Shown one piece after another: positions 8,673 to 17,600 of a stretch of 54,201 bases of DNA (position 1 is the first letter of the stretch; every line of letters starts with the position of its first letter). The notes beneath the pieces were generated by a model. It searched no databases. It was given only the letters and a program-made list of their open reading frames with translations, and was not told where the DNA came from. The position numbers were made by a program, and so were the translations under genes. This stretch comes from a virus. The stretch lies in IMG/VR virus record IMGVR_UViG_3300049442_000069; one strand, 5' to 3'.

Positions 8673-10327
8673 TATTCGACGATCTCCCTTAGCCACATGT
8701 CGCCATCATACACCTCGTTCTCCGTGAAAGGAGTCGATTCCTGAGAGGCCTGAAAGTCGAGCGTCCTGGACACGAATTCCCACGGGATTCTTTCATTAAC
8801 GAAATCGTCCTTGTCGTCCTTTGAAATTTCGTAAAGCTGGTTTTGCTCATTCTCATCCAGTCCAAAACAAAATGCCCGGGTCTTCCCGTCGAACGTGCCG
8901 GTAAGTAGCTGGAGTGGGCGAAACCGATCGCATTTCCACTGGCCTTCCCACGCTGGCTTTGCGGTCTGCGGGGCTTGTGGGCTTCCGGCAAAGGAACTGA
9001 TGACGTCAAAGTCCACCGACACTACCCCGGTGTGATACGGCCTGCCGTTGTTCCACGCGGGAGATGTGGTGAAAATGATCCGGTTGTCGAAGTAGATCGA
9101 GGAGGCGTATTTCAGGAGGAAGTCACTGTCGTTCTCCAGGAATTGCCTCACGTTGGTCGAGAGCGGAACGTGCGCCCATCCGCTGGGTTCGCTTCGGGCC
9201 TGGCGATATGAGCGCACGCCATCGTCACTCCGAAACCAGAGATCTTCATTCACCACTGAGATGCTGCGGTGGCCGCGCATGCCCGTGGTTAAAAGGGACA
9301 GCACCTGGAACGCGCTGGTCTTCCACTGCTCGCGCGGAATGGACAGGAAGAAGCTGGCCGAGCCTCGCTCCGCAAACGCCATAAGCTGGCCGTTGCCCGT
9401 TGAGGTGTCCAACTGGGCGAAAAATGACAGTCCTGTTACTTTTCCCTGCTGGAAGGGAATCGCCGCGTCAAAGCCTTCCGCCAGGAAGTTCCGCTCCGTG
9501 AAAAGGACCAGAGAATCCGCTGGATCAGACAGATCGTGGCTGCCATAAAGATCACCAAAAGCGATGTCTCGGTCATTGACGACCACAACCAGGCGACCCA
9601 TACCGTAGGCCATAATTGTGCCAACCGGGATTTCAGTCTGCTCCGCTGTTCCCGTGGTCTTGGCTCTCCTGGCTTTATTGGAGTCATAAATGATCGCTCC
9701 GCCGGTTCCGTCCTGCGCGATCAGAAATTTGTCAGCCTGGCACATGTAGGCAATCTTCCGGTTCCTCATGTTGCGAACACTTCTGGGGTCGTCTTCGATC
9801 TTGATCTCGATCGCCTTCGCTGTCTTTATCCCCGGGGTGATCTTGAACAGGCGTCCACCGATCATCGCCATGATGCAATCGTCTCCGTTGTGAGGCGAGT
9901 AGCATTGGGCGCACTGGAAAATTCCATTCCTGTAAACGTAGTCTGAGTTTTCGTTATTCAGGTTCGCTGGCACAAAGAAGTAAGGCGGGTCCGGCAAAGG
10001 AACAGCAGGGACGCCTTCCTTGTCAGGATCGGCGTATTCGCCTTCAATCCTGTCCACGAACTGGGAATGGAACCTGGTGTTGTAACACCAAAGCTGCCTG
10101 TCAGTGTGAATAGTCCTGTCCGGGAAGTTGGGATGGTCCACCATTGGAGGAAACGACTCATCTATTCTACGGAACCCCGGGCGAGTGGTAATGCTCCCGC
10201 CACGGAAAGTCATATTGATCGCGCTCTGGACCTGGTTTGGATCGAGCAGGTTCGGCTGACGACCGGCGTCCACGCCGCCTTCCAGCGTGCGCCATCCGTC
10301 AAAAATCCTGTTTTTATCAACGATCAT
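8672..10327 (-). CDS. Hypothetical large tail protein (candidate tail tubular/nozzle-type protein)
   Basis: Track ORF of 551 aa with an ATGA overlap to the upstream gene. The call rests on position in the tail module. No specific motif recognised. Confidence 0.6.
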   Translation of the reverse strand: MIVDKNRIFDGWRTLEGGVDAGRQPNLLDPNQVQSAINMTFRGGSITTRPGFRRIDESFPPMVDHPNFPDRTIHTDRQLWCYNTRFHSQFVDRIEGEYADPDKEGVPAVPLPDPPYFFVPANLNNENSDYVYRNGIFQCAQCYSPHNGDDCIMAMIGGRLFKITPGIKTAKAIEIKIEDDPRSVRNMRNRKIAYMCQADKFLIAQDGTGGAIIYDSNKARRAKTTGTAEQTEIPVGTIMAYGMGRLVVVVNDRDIAFGDLYGSHDLSDPADSLVLFTERNFLAEGFDAAIPFQQGKVTGLSFFAQLDTSTGNGQLMAFAERGSASFFLSIPREQWKTSAFQVLSLLTTGMRGHRSISVVNEDLWFRSDDGVRSYRQARSEPSGWAHVPLSTNVRQFLENDSDFLLKYASSIYFDNRIIFTTSPAWNNGRPYHTGVVSVDFDVISSFAGSPQAPQTAKPAWEGQWKCDRFRPLQLLTGTFDGKTRAFCFGLDENEQNQLYEISKDDKDDFVNERIPWEFVSRTLDFQASQESTPFTENEVYDGDMWLREIVE

Positions 10328-12231
10328 TTCGGAGAGTATTTTCCACTTGTTGCGTGCATCATTTGCGAAGTCGGCACGGCGGCTGCCGGTTGCTCGCTGC
10401 CGCCACGAAATCTATCCACGATTGACTGGTAAAAACCTGGTTCATTTACCAACCTGTTATGAAAATCAACCTGCCCTCCATGGTAAGCGTTCCAGTTCCA
10501 GCCCGGATTCATTGTGCTTCCAAGCGGCTGGCTGGCCCAGGGACTCGGCATGGCGTGTTTCATCAGTCCAAAGTTCTGTGGCGTGGTGTAAATACCCTTA
10601 CGCATCTGGGTTAGCCAATGCAGTGCTTCGCCGTTTCCCCTGCCCCATAGTGCGGCGGCACTCGTCGGCCCATACATAGGAGGACCACCACCTCCCTGCG
10701 GTGCTGGAACACTGGAACTTCCAACCTGTCCGACCCCAAAGGGATTCGTCGGTGAGTTGATGTCAGGATTAAAGTTAGTCTGAGAACCAAAGAAGCCGCC
10801 CCTTCCACTGGGGTCACTGCCCAGTCGCTCAAGGCCGCTCTGAGTGTTGGGGCCGGTCTGGACAGGACCAAACGCGCCTTCGGCGGCCAGCTTGCCCATG
10901 TCTCCCCCGGTGTCAGCGTTCCAATATGGTCCACCGGGAACATTGGTGTTGTATCCGCTCGGTGTAACACCAGCCAGTCTTTGCGCGAATGTCTTGGCAG
11001 CATCACCGGCAGCGGCAACAATCTTTCCAGCACCATCAATGATGTTGCCAGCCGTGTCAGTAAAGAACTGGCCTACGCCTCCACCGCCAGGGAATTGCGT
11101 CATGTTAAAGGCGTTGGCGTTGCCTTCTGGCGAAACTGCTGTTCCGGGAATGACGTTGCCATTTGCATCTAGCATTCCTTGAGTTGGAGGAGCGTAATTA
11201 AACCCGGGCGCGTTGGGCAACAATCCGGGGTCAGCACCACCAACCGGATTTGGTCCGGATGGGCTGTAGTAACCTGTCGGCGGAGTCCCGGCAGCACCTC
11301 CGGCGAATCCACCACCTCCGCCCGAAGTGTCGTCCGGTGGAGCAACTGCTCCTCCTCCTGGGAATTGGTCAACAAAGAATGGCCACTGGAAATCACCTCC
11401 TGTCGTGTCGGCCCCGGTCGCCACAGTGGAAGGCTGCTGGTAGCCGGACATGTCGGGAAGGTTGTCGAAATCTCCAAGGTCAGTCGGAGGTGCCATTCCG
11501 GTCCCGGCACTTAGATTACCACTCCAGTCCGGAGTAGGGGGCGGCGGGAACAATTCATTATAGATCCCGGCGTAGGGATTGTCCGGGGGATTCGGAGCGT
11601 TGGCGTTCAGATGCACCGTGTCAGTGCCAAACGGGTTCTCCGGAATGCCTGAAGGCTGCCCAAAGGGATCGACCGGCAGATCCATGAATGGCGGATAAAC
11701 TCCAGGAGGCACATCCATGCCCTCATGTGGCATTCCGCCGACCGGAATTGGTGTTGGCTCGATGCTGGGATCGCCAAACTGCATACCAGGACGACTGTCG
11801 GGAGGCAGTGCTTGCAGTCCGGCAGGATTACCGAGATCTCCTTCCCTGATGGCGCGTTGAGTCATCCGCGTGAACAAATCAGTGTCCATGGCGTGATACT
11901 CCATCTGTAACGCCGTGTTTGATCCCGGCCCTTCATAATTCACCGGGGTTGTAGCTGGCTGCGCTGGCTCATTCGGAAAGGTTGGAACCTGTCCGGTGCC
12001 GACAGGAAAAGGCCTGGCTGACGGGAAGGAAGGATCATCCAGCCAGACATTCGGGTCAGTGCTGGCGCGGAAAATGTTCGGATTCGGAGACAGTTGATTC
12101 GGAGACAGCGGTTGCCCGGAGATAAAAGGATCAACGCCCTGACGGAACTGGGGATAACTTCCAGCCGAAGGCGATGACGATCCACCTCCGCCGTAGAGCT
12201 GCATCAGGTATTGAAACTGTTGATCGGTCAT
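10324..12231 (-). CDS. Pro/Gly-rich low-complexity virion protein, cysteine-free
   Basis: Track ORF 10324..12249 has a TTG start. The ATG at 12231 (MTDQQFQYL) makes an ATGA overlap with the upstream stop. Long PG-rich tracts. Confidence 0.6.
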   Translation of the reverse strand: MTDQQFQYLMQLYGGGGSSSPSAGSYPQFRQGVDPFISGQPLSPNQLSPNPNIFRASTDPNVWLDDPSFPSARPFPVGTGQVPTFPNEPAQPATTPVNYEGPGSNTALQMEYHAMDTDLFTRMTQRAIREGDLGNPAGLQALPPDSRPGMQFGDPSIEPTPIPVGGMPHEGMDVPPGVYPPFMDLPVDPFGQPSGIPENPFGTDTVHLNANAPNPPDNPYAGIYNELFPPPPTPDWSGNLSAGTGMAPPTDLGDFDNLPDMSGYQQPSTVATGADTTGGDFQWPFFVDQFPGGGAVAPPDDTSGGGGGFAGGAAGTPPTGYYSPSGPNPVGGADPGLLPNAPGFNYAPPTQGMLDANGNVIPGTAVSPEGNANAFNMTQFPGGGGVGQFFTDTAGNIIDGAGKIVAAAGDAAKTFAQRLAGVTPSGYNTNVPGGPYWNADTGGDMGKLAAEGAFGPVQTGPNTQSGLERLGSDPSGRGGFFGSQTNFNPDINSPTNPFGVGQVGSSSVPAPQGGGGPPMYGPTSAAALWGRGNGEALHWLTQMRKGIYTTPQNFGLMKHAMPSPWASQPLGSTMNPGWNWNAYHGGQVDFHNRLVNEPGFYQSIVDRFRGGSEQPAAAVPTSQMMHATSGKYSPK

Positions 12232-13568
12232 GGGAGTTCGTAAGCGCAAACCGACACCGCGCCAATGTTGGCAGTTCCGATTCCTCCATTGGTGGCAAGC
12301 TGGACATCAATCCAGATTGGGACACCCAACGACAAGCCTCCGATAACGAAACTCATCGAGAATGGAACAAGCGCGTTGGCTGCCAGCCTTGTGCATCCAG
12401 CGTAACCTCCGATTGGCGCACTGCCAGCCGGTGGATTGTCGCCATTGTGAGGAGCTGCCCCGGTGCCGATTCTGATCTGGGCGATCGCGCTGCCTGCGGC
12501 GTTGTTATTCCACATCCAGCCGTGAATGGTGGCAGTGACTTTGCCGCTGGTGAGAAGCGTTATCACCGCGTTAAGGCCCATCATCTTAAAAGCTGCGGAT
12601 GTCGTTCCTGTAACCGTGTCCTGCTTGACGGTCTGGACGGCGGCGTAATTAGGAACGGTGATTCCGGGAACGGCGACCCATTTGGTATCGTAATCGTCTG
12701 GGGAATTCTTGACCAAAACATCAGAGGTTGCGCCTCCTGCCGGAACCCCGGGGCCGGGAGGACCAGGATCTCCACCCGCGCCGATGACCGCAAAGAGAAT
12801 CCATGACTTTGGATCTCCATTGGCAGCTTGCGGTGAGACCTGAACCCAACTCGTCCCTCCGTTGGCGTTGCCTTCCCGCACTGTGCAGTAGGCGCGGTTC
12901 ACCTCATCGAAGGTGTCCATGTCCGGGGCAACCGTCCATGGACCAGTCTGGGCGATCCAGATCGTGTTCTCGGATTCCCTTCCCGGGGCTTGATCCTTGA
13001 GTAGAATTCTGTCACCAGCCCTTGGAGTCACTCCGTCGATGGGATGCAGTCCCACTCGGGAAGCGTTAGTCGTGCTGGCCAGCCTGACTGCTGTCTTGGG
13101 ATTGAGTCCTTGGAGCAGCATGTCCATGAACGACTTGGTGACCGCATCCTGCGCGTTGATCGGGTTGGCTAGGTTGATGATTCTCTTGCTGGCCAGATTG
13201 ACGTCTGCCCCAGGCTGCCGGATCTGATCGAGTTTCGCCAGATACGTCCCGGAGATGATTCCTCCCTGCCACGTTCCTACAGCAATCGTTCCCAGTTCGG
13301 TGATGTGACGCTGCTGTCCATTCACACCAGCAGTGAGCTGTCCGGCCAGATCCACAAAGCCAGGCTGCTTCACGGTCCATACATGCGTGGGATTGTCCCA
13401 GCCTTGCAGCCACTGGTTGCCCGGGGGATGAATGGTTGGAGGTGCGCCCAGCTCCTGAAGGTTGGATGTGTCGAGGTTCAGCAGCTTGTGGTGCTGCATG
13501 TCCACATCGTTCTGCGCCAGCGCGTGCCACAGCAAACTGTGTCCGGTTCCTGCTACTTCGATTGCCAT
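12228..13568 (-). CDS. Tail fibre protein (cassette 2, gene B) with the shared C-terminal ...E(L/I)P module
   Basis: Track ORF of 446 aa. Its C-terminal ~125 aa align by eye with the C-termini of 14659..15246 and 17597..19060 (SGKV..., RIGTGAAP / RWGTGSAP / RWGTGSKP, ending YELP / TEIP / AEIP). Confidence 0.7.
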   Translation of the reverse strand: MAIEVAGTGHSLLWHALAQNDVDMQHHKLLNLDTSNLQELGAPPTIHPPGNQWLQGWDNPTHVWTVKQPGFVDLAGQLTAGVNGQQRHITELGTIAVGTWQGGIISGTYLAKLDQIRQPGADVNLASKRIINLANPINAQDAVTKSFMDMLLQGLNPKTAVRLASTTNASRVGLHPIDGVTPRAGDRILLKDQAPGRESENTIWIAQTGPWTVAPDMDTFDEVNRAYCTVREGNANGGTSWVQVSPQAANGDPKSWILFAVIGAGGDPGPPGPGVPAGGATSDVLVKNSPDDYDTKWVAVPGITVPNYAAVQTVKQDTVTGTTSAAFKMMGLNAVITLLTSGKVTATIHGWMWNNNAAGSAIAQIRIGTGAAPHNGDNPPAGSAPIGGYAGCTRLAANALVPFSMSFVIGGLSLGVPIWIDVQLATNGGIGTANIGAVSVCAYELP

Positions 13569-13570
13569 AG

Positions 13571-14662
13571 TTATGCCTCGGTTATGATGTCGATGATCTC
13601 CGGCAGCGGCACTGTGTAAGAAGCGATGTCGCTGTTGTTGAATCCCTGCTTTGCCGCGTAAGCCTCCACCAGCGCACCACGGAGAGCGGTGATTGTGATG
13701 TGAACGTCAGGTCCGGAAGGAGGTGCTTCCCTGAAGGTTGGTCTTCCGGCGCGGTAGAAAAGGACCGATCCTGAAACAGCCCGGATGGTCACGGTGGCCG
13801 TGGTTTCGTGAAGCTCGACCAGTGTAATGGTGGGCTTGTTTAGCTGCGGCTGATAAGGAGGACCGGAAGTGAAGTGGTGATACAGCATGTCGCGTCCCAG
13901 ATATTCATAGGGATCACCCTGAAGCCCGGGGTCAGGCACCATTCCTGAATGATGATCTTCACCGAACTCTGCTATCGGCAGAACTTCAGGATCAAATTGC
14001 CCAGTGGTAAACTTGGAAGCGTCCAGAGGAGGAATGAAAGGAATCGGAAGTTGTTCCGTGTGGAACTGCGGGTCCATGACTGGACCTGTCCCTGGACCCA
14101 TTCCAATTCCCAGTCCATGCTGCCCGAAGACGCCAAACCAGGAGTTGTTAGGCGCAGGCACCCACGCCACGTTGCAGGTCTGTGAACTGGTCCCCACTCC
14201 AGAAACAGAGAACTGATCCGGAAAGCTGAACAGCACTTCCGACACTGTTCCCAGCCCTGCGCCCGGGGTCACATTGGCTGGAAGAAGCCGAAGGTTGGAA
14301 TCGACCGCAGCGTATCCATTCGGTGCGCCCTTTCGTGACATCAGTTCCGCCAGATCTCCCCGCGCGGCCCACGCGGGAGGAGCCGGAGCGTCGATCTCGT
14401 CGGTGGGGGGAAGTGGAGGAGAAAACCATGCTGGTGGGATGACGCCATTCAGATTGAGTTTGCTCTGAACGATCGCTGCGTGCTGCGAAACGCTCTCATT
14501 GATGACTGAGCCATCGAGCATCGGTCTTGGATCGGAAAGCCTGGGATCGGTCAACTGCACCAACCCCGGTGGAGTGGGGTAAAAGTGCAGAACCTTGAGC
14601 AGATCATTGAACTGGCAGTCCAGATCAGTGCTAAGAGAAGCGTTTTCTACAATCGGAATCAT
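13571..14662 (-). CDS. Tail fibre-associated protein (cassette 2, gene A), paralog of 15249..16385
   Basis: Track ORF of 363 aa. N-terminus MIPIVENASLSTDLDCQFNDLLKV...PTPPGLV...DPRLSDPR...IVQSKLNLNGVIPPAW parallels MTPIIEDAILSTDLNCDFHDLLNV...PTPPGLV...DPRLTDAR...IVQSKLALNGQIPASW. Confidence 0.7.
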   Translation of the reverse strand: MIPIVENASLSTDLDCQFNDLLKVLHFYPTPPGLVQLTDPRLSDPRPMLDGSVINESVSQHAAIVQSKLNLNGVIPPAWFSPPLPPTDEIDAPAPPAWAARGDLAELMSRKGAPNGYAAVDSNLRLLPANVTPGAGLGTVSEVLFSFPDQFSVSGVGTSSQTCNVAWVPAPNNSWFGVFGQHGLGIGMGPGTGPVMDPQFHTEQLPIPFIPPLDASKFTTGQFDPEVLPIAEFGEDHHSGMVPDPGLQGDPYEYLGRDMLYHHFTSGPPYQPQLNKPTITLVELHETTATVTIRAVSGSVLFYRAGRPTFREAPPSGPDVHITITALRGALVEAYAAKQGFNNSDIASYTVPLPEIIDIITEA

Positions 14663-15246
14663 GGAATTTCTGTGATGGTCGCGGTCAGCCAGAAAAATCC
14701 GGCAGATCCTCCTGCTACCGTCCCAAGCACCAGATCGAACCAGATCGGTTGCCCGATCACTGCGTTAAGGACAACGGCACTCAGGGAAAACGGAGCAGAC
14801 CAGGCATCGGGATCGTTCCCACCAGCCATGGCTCCGACAGGTGTGCCAATGGGAGCCGCGCCGTATGCCGGAGCAGATCCGGTTCCCCAGCGCATCTGCG
14901 CCGTGGTGCCGTGAGCCGCCGTGTTTGATAGCGTCCCGGCTATGGTGACAAGAATCTTCCCGCTGACAGTGGGCGTAATCACTGCGCCCATTCCGGCCAT
15001 GACGCCCGTTACACTGGTGATCGCAGCAGGGCTGTATTGCGCGGTCTGGACTGCGGCATAGGCTCCATTCAAACGCTTCCAGGTTGGAGTCGCGCTGAGA
15101 AGACGCCAGTAATCCCCGGTGTCGGTTTGGTAGCCGATCCTTCCAACATCGGCGGCAACATAGCTTCCGGCGGCGTTCCGGGCTGCGGCGTTCGCAAACA
15201 CCCAGCTTTCCAGCCGGTGATTGATTGTGGCGTCTTGGTGTCTCAT
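14659..15246 (-). CDS. Short tail fibre/receptor-binding protein (cassette 1, gene B) with the shared C-terminal module
   Basis: Track ORF of 195 aa with an ATGA overlap to the downstream paralog. The C-terminal module is shared with 12228..13568 and 17597..19060. Confidence 0.7.
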   Translation of the reverse strand: MRHQDATINHRLESWVFANAAARNAAGSYVAADVGRIGYQTDTGDYWRLLSATPTWKRLNGAYAAVQTAQYSPAAITSVTGVMAGMGAVITPTVSGKILVTIAGTLSNTAAHGTTAQMRWGTGSAPAYGAAPIGTPVGAMAGGNDPDAWSAPFSLSAVVLNAVIGQPIWFDLVLGTVAGGSAGFFWLTATITEIP

Positions 15247-15248
15247 AA

Positions 15249-16385
15249 TTATGGTCCTACGGTTATCGGCGTAATGCCGTCATCTCCGAGAATTGGTTCG
15301 GTCGGATCGAGCGGATCTCCTGTCACAATAACTTCCCCGGGAGGCGCGTAAGGAGCTGGCATCACCACAATTCCCGAGTTGGTGTAGCCGACCTTTGAGC
15401 AGTAAGCGTAAACAGATTGCCCGGAGTTGATCTGAACCTGGCCTCCGCTGGTGATTGGCGTGAACCCCACAGTGGGATCATCCACGGAGTAGAAAAGCGA
15501 TGCCCCGTTAAGCCCTGAAGTCACGGTCACGAAGTAAGGCGGCCCACTTCCAATGGCGAGAAGTGGAGCAGGGCACACCGGCTGGTAAACAGGCCCGATG
15601 AGAGGAAGCGGCTTGTAAGTCATGTCCCGCGCGAGGTAGTCACTGAGTTGGACCGCGTTGGGATCTGGTCCACCACCAGGAAGCGGAGAATCACCCGGGG
15701 GAATTACCGCTCCCCCGGGGTCAGGAACTGCGCCAGGGGCATGACCCGGACCCAGACCGACAGCAATAGGAATGCGTGCCGGAGCGAGCATGCCGCTGGC
15801 GACTATCGAAGCATCCAGATCCGGAATGAGAGCCATCGGAAATGGAGTGTTGTAAAACTTGGGCGGCCCCGCTGCGCCTTCCATGTTGCCGAACCATGAA
15901 AGGTCAGCAGCGGTAGCCCAAACTGCGGAAAGTGTTCCGGACTGAGTGACTGGACTTCCGCTCACCACAAACTGCGGCGGCATCGCCAGTCCAACTGATG
16001 TCACTGTTCCCGTCCCAACCGTCCCAGGGAGCTGCGCGGCAGGAACCTTCGCACCTCCATCTAGGCCACAGTAACCAAGCGGTTGATTCTTGTGGGTGAG
16101 ATACTCAGCCAGATTCCCCGGTGCTGCCGTTGTAGCAGTGGTCCCTAACCATGACGCGGGGATCTGGCCATTGAGAGCCAGCTTCGACTGAACGATCCCA
16201 GCATTGGCAGCGCATGACGCATCGACGACGCTTCCCGGGAGCGGTGCCCGGGCATCCGTAAGCCGTGGATCATCACTTCCTACCAGACCCGGAGGAGTAG
16301 GAATGAGATTCCGGACATTCAACAGATCGTGAAAATCACAGTTCAGATCTGTCGAAAGGATTGCGTCTTCGATGATTGGCGTCAT
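15249..16385 (-). CDS. Tail fibre-associated protein (cassette 1, gene A), paralog of 13571..14662
   Basis: Track ORF of 378 aa. The N-terminal ~80 aa are conserved with 13571..14662. Confidence 0.7.
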   Translation of the reverse strand: MTPIIEDAILSTDLNCDFHDLLNVRNLIPTPPGLVGSDDPRLTDARAPLPGSVVDASCAANAGIVQSKLALNGQIPASWLGTTATTAAPGNLAEYLTHKNQPLGYCGLDGGAKVPAAQLPGTVGTGTVTSVGLAMPPQFVVSGSPVTQSGTLSAVWATAADLSWFGNMEGAAGPPKFYNTPFPMALIPDLDASIVASGMLAPARIPIAVGLGPGHAPGAVPDPGGAVIPPGDSPLPGGGPDPNAVQLSDYLARDMTYKPLPLIGPVYQPVCPAPLLAIGSGPPYFVTVTSGLNGASLFYSVDDPTVGFTPITSGGQVQINSGQSVYAYCSKVGYTNSGIVVMPAPYAPPGEVIVTGDPLDPTEPILGDDGITPITVGP

Positions 16386-16993
16386 GGCGTTCTGACTCTG
16401 AGGAAATAAAACTCGGTTGGTGGCCGTGGGTTAATGGCGATGGAGAATCCGCTGATCGTCTTGTGGACGACCTGGACATGAATCACTGCCTGGACACTGT
16501 GATCTTCAGTCAGGTTTTCCACTCTCAGTTCAGTGAATCCGTAGTTGGTTCCGCTGCGCGGCTGACGGAATGCGATGACCTGAATGTTGGCATGAGGCGT
16601 TAGCTGGACGTTGAGATCCTCCGGCGCATCAATCAGGACCAGGGAAGTTGGCCGGTGAATGACCACCCTCCAGTGCATGACGTAGCCGGGGCCGATCGGC
16701 GCACCGGCAAAGACCACGGCGAAACCTTCTATCGCTCTTACCGTGGGGACGATCTGGACTGCTCCAGGTTCGACATTGCCCATGGCATCGACGTAGAGGT
16801 ATTCAAAGCTGTATTGGGCATTCAGCTTCAACACATCAAAGAGGACCACGGCGTTGATCTGACCATCGACCAACTCCAGTGATCCGCGTTCGTCCATGTC
16901 ATTGGTAGTGCCAGCGGAATCGACCAACAGGTCGTCCTTCGGCTCAATGATTTGAACCGTGTCGCACTCGATTACGTCAGGGCCGCAGCTCAT
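16382..16993 (-). CDS. Hypothetical structural protein with an internal two-fold repeat
   Basis: Track ORF of 203 aa with ATGA overlaps at both ends. The two halves look similar by eye (...IEGFAVVFAG...WRVV / ...ISGFSIAINP...LRVR). Confidence 0.6.
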   Translation of the reverse strand: MSCGPDVIECDTVQIIEPKDDLLVDSAGTTNDMDERGSLELVDGQINAVVLFDVLKLNAQYSFEYLYVDAMGNVEPGAVQIVPTVRAIEGFAVVFAGAPIGPGYVMHWRVVIHRPTSLVLIDAPEDLNVQLTPHANIQVIAFRQPRSGTNYGFTELRVENLTEDHSVQAVIHVQVVHKTISGFSIAINPRPPTEFYFLRVRTP

Positions 16994-17154
16994 TGATGTC
17001 CCTGGATTGCGTGAATTGCTCCGCCTCCCATTAAGAATGCCAACAGCCCTGTCCAGAACATGATCCGTCCGACTTCAACGATCTTGGGATTGCTCGACAG
17101 GACATACATCAACAGTCCGATTATGGAGACTAGGAGTGGTAGGTAGATTATCAT
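16990..17154 (-). CDS. Small two-TM membrane protein (holin-like), 54 aa, below the track cutoff
   Basis: Hand translation: MIIYLPLLVSIIGLLMYVLSSNPKIVEVGRIMFWTGLLAFLMGGGAIHAIQGHQ. Its TGA (16992-16990) overlaps the ATG (16993-16991) of the next gene. Two hydrophobic stretches. Confidence 0.5.
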   Translation of the reverse strand: MIIYLPLLVSIIGLLMYVLSSNPKIVEVGRIMFWTGLLAFLMGGGAIHAIQGHQ

Positions 17155-17368
17155 GGTTATTGTTGGTTGGTTGTGGTAGCAGCTTTTGTAACTCGGCTAT
17201 TGCGCCTGTTAGTTGTGCATACCGGGTTTGGTTTTCTGTTGCTTTCTGCTGGAAGTCCTGGTTGGCTTTCTGGTTGGCCCGATACTCAGCGTTGTGCTGC
17301 GTCTCGATGGCATTCCTTTCAAGAATCAGGGCTTGGATTCGTTCTTTTATGATGTTTTCCATTTCCAT
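17075..17368 (-). CDS. Coiled-coil protein, 97 aa
   Basis: In-frame ATG within track ORF 17075..17434 ([47 protein letters not shown]...), preceded by a purine-rich AAAGAGAGAA. It overlaps the upstream ORF by 50 nt and the downstream small ORF by 80 nt, in different frames. Confidence 0.5.
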   Translation of the reverse strand: MEMENIIKERIQALILERNAIETQHNAEYRANQKANQDFQQKATENQTRYAQLTGAIAELQKLLPQPTNNNHDNLPTTPSLHNRTVDVCPVEQSQDR

Positions 17369-17600
17369 TTCTCTCTTTAACAACTTCCCAGGTTCGGAGG
17401 CCAGACAATCCGAACACCAGCACGGCCAGGGCACGTTGAAATTCGTAGAGGTATTTGAACTCGTTCTGCGGCAGGGCTTCTTTCAGCCAGCCCGGATAAG
17501 CCAAAGCAAAAAGCTGAATCACCATGATGAGAATTGGCATGAACAGGAACATCAGCACCGCTCCCCAGTTGAGAAAATGTTTCCATGGTTCTTCCTTCAT
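17319..17600 (-). CDS. Two-TM membrane protein (holin-like), 93 aa
   Basis: In-frame ATG at 17600 within track ORF 17319..17738 ([35 protein letters not shown]...[12 protein letters not shown]). It forms an ATGA overlap with the stop of the collagen-like gene. Confidence 0.55.
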   Translation of the reverse strand: MKEEPWKHFLNWGAVLMFLFMPILIMVIQLFALAYPGWLKEALPQNEFKYLYEFQRALAVLVFGLSGLRTWEVVKERNGNGKHHKRTNPSPDS

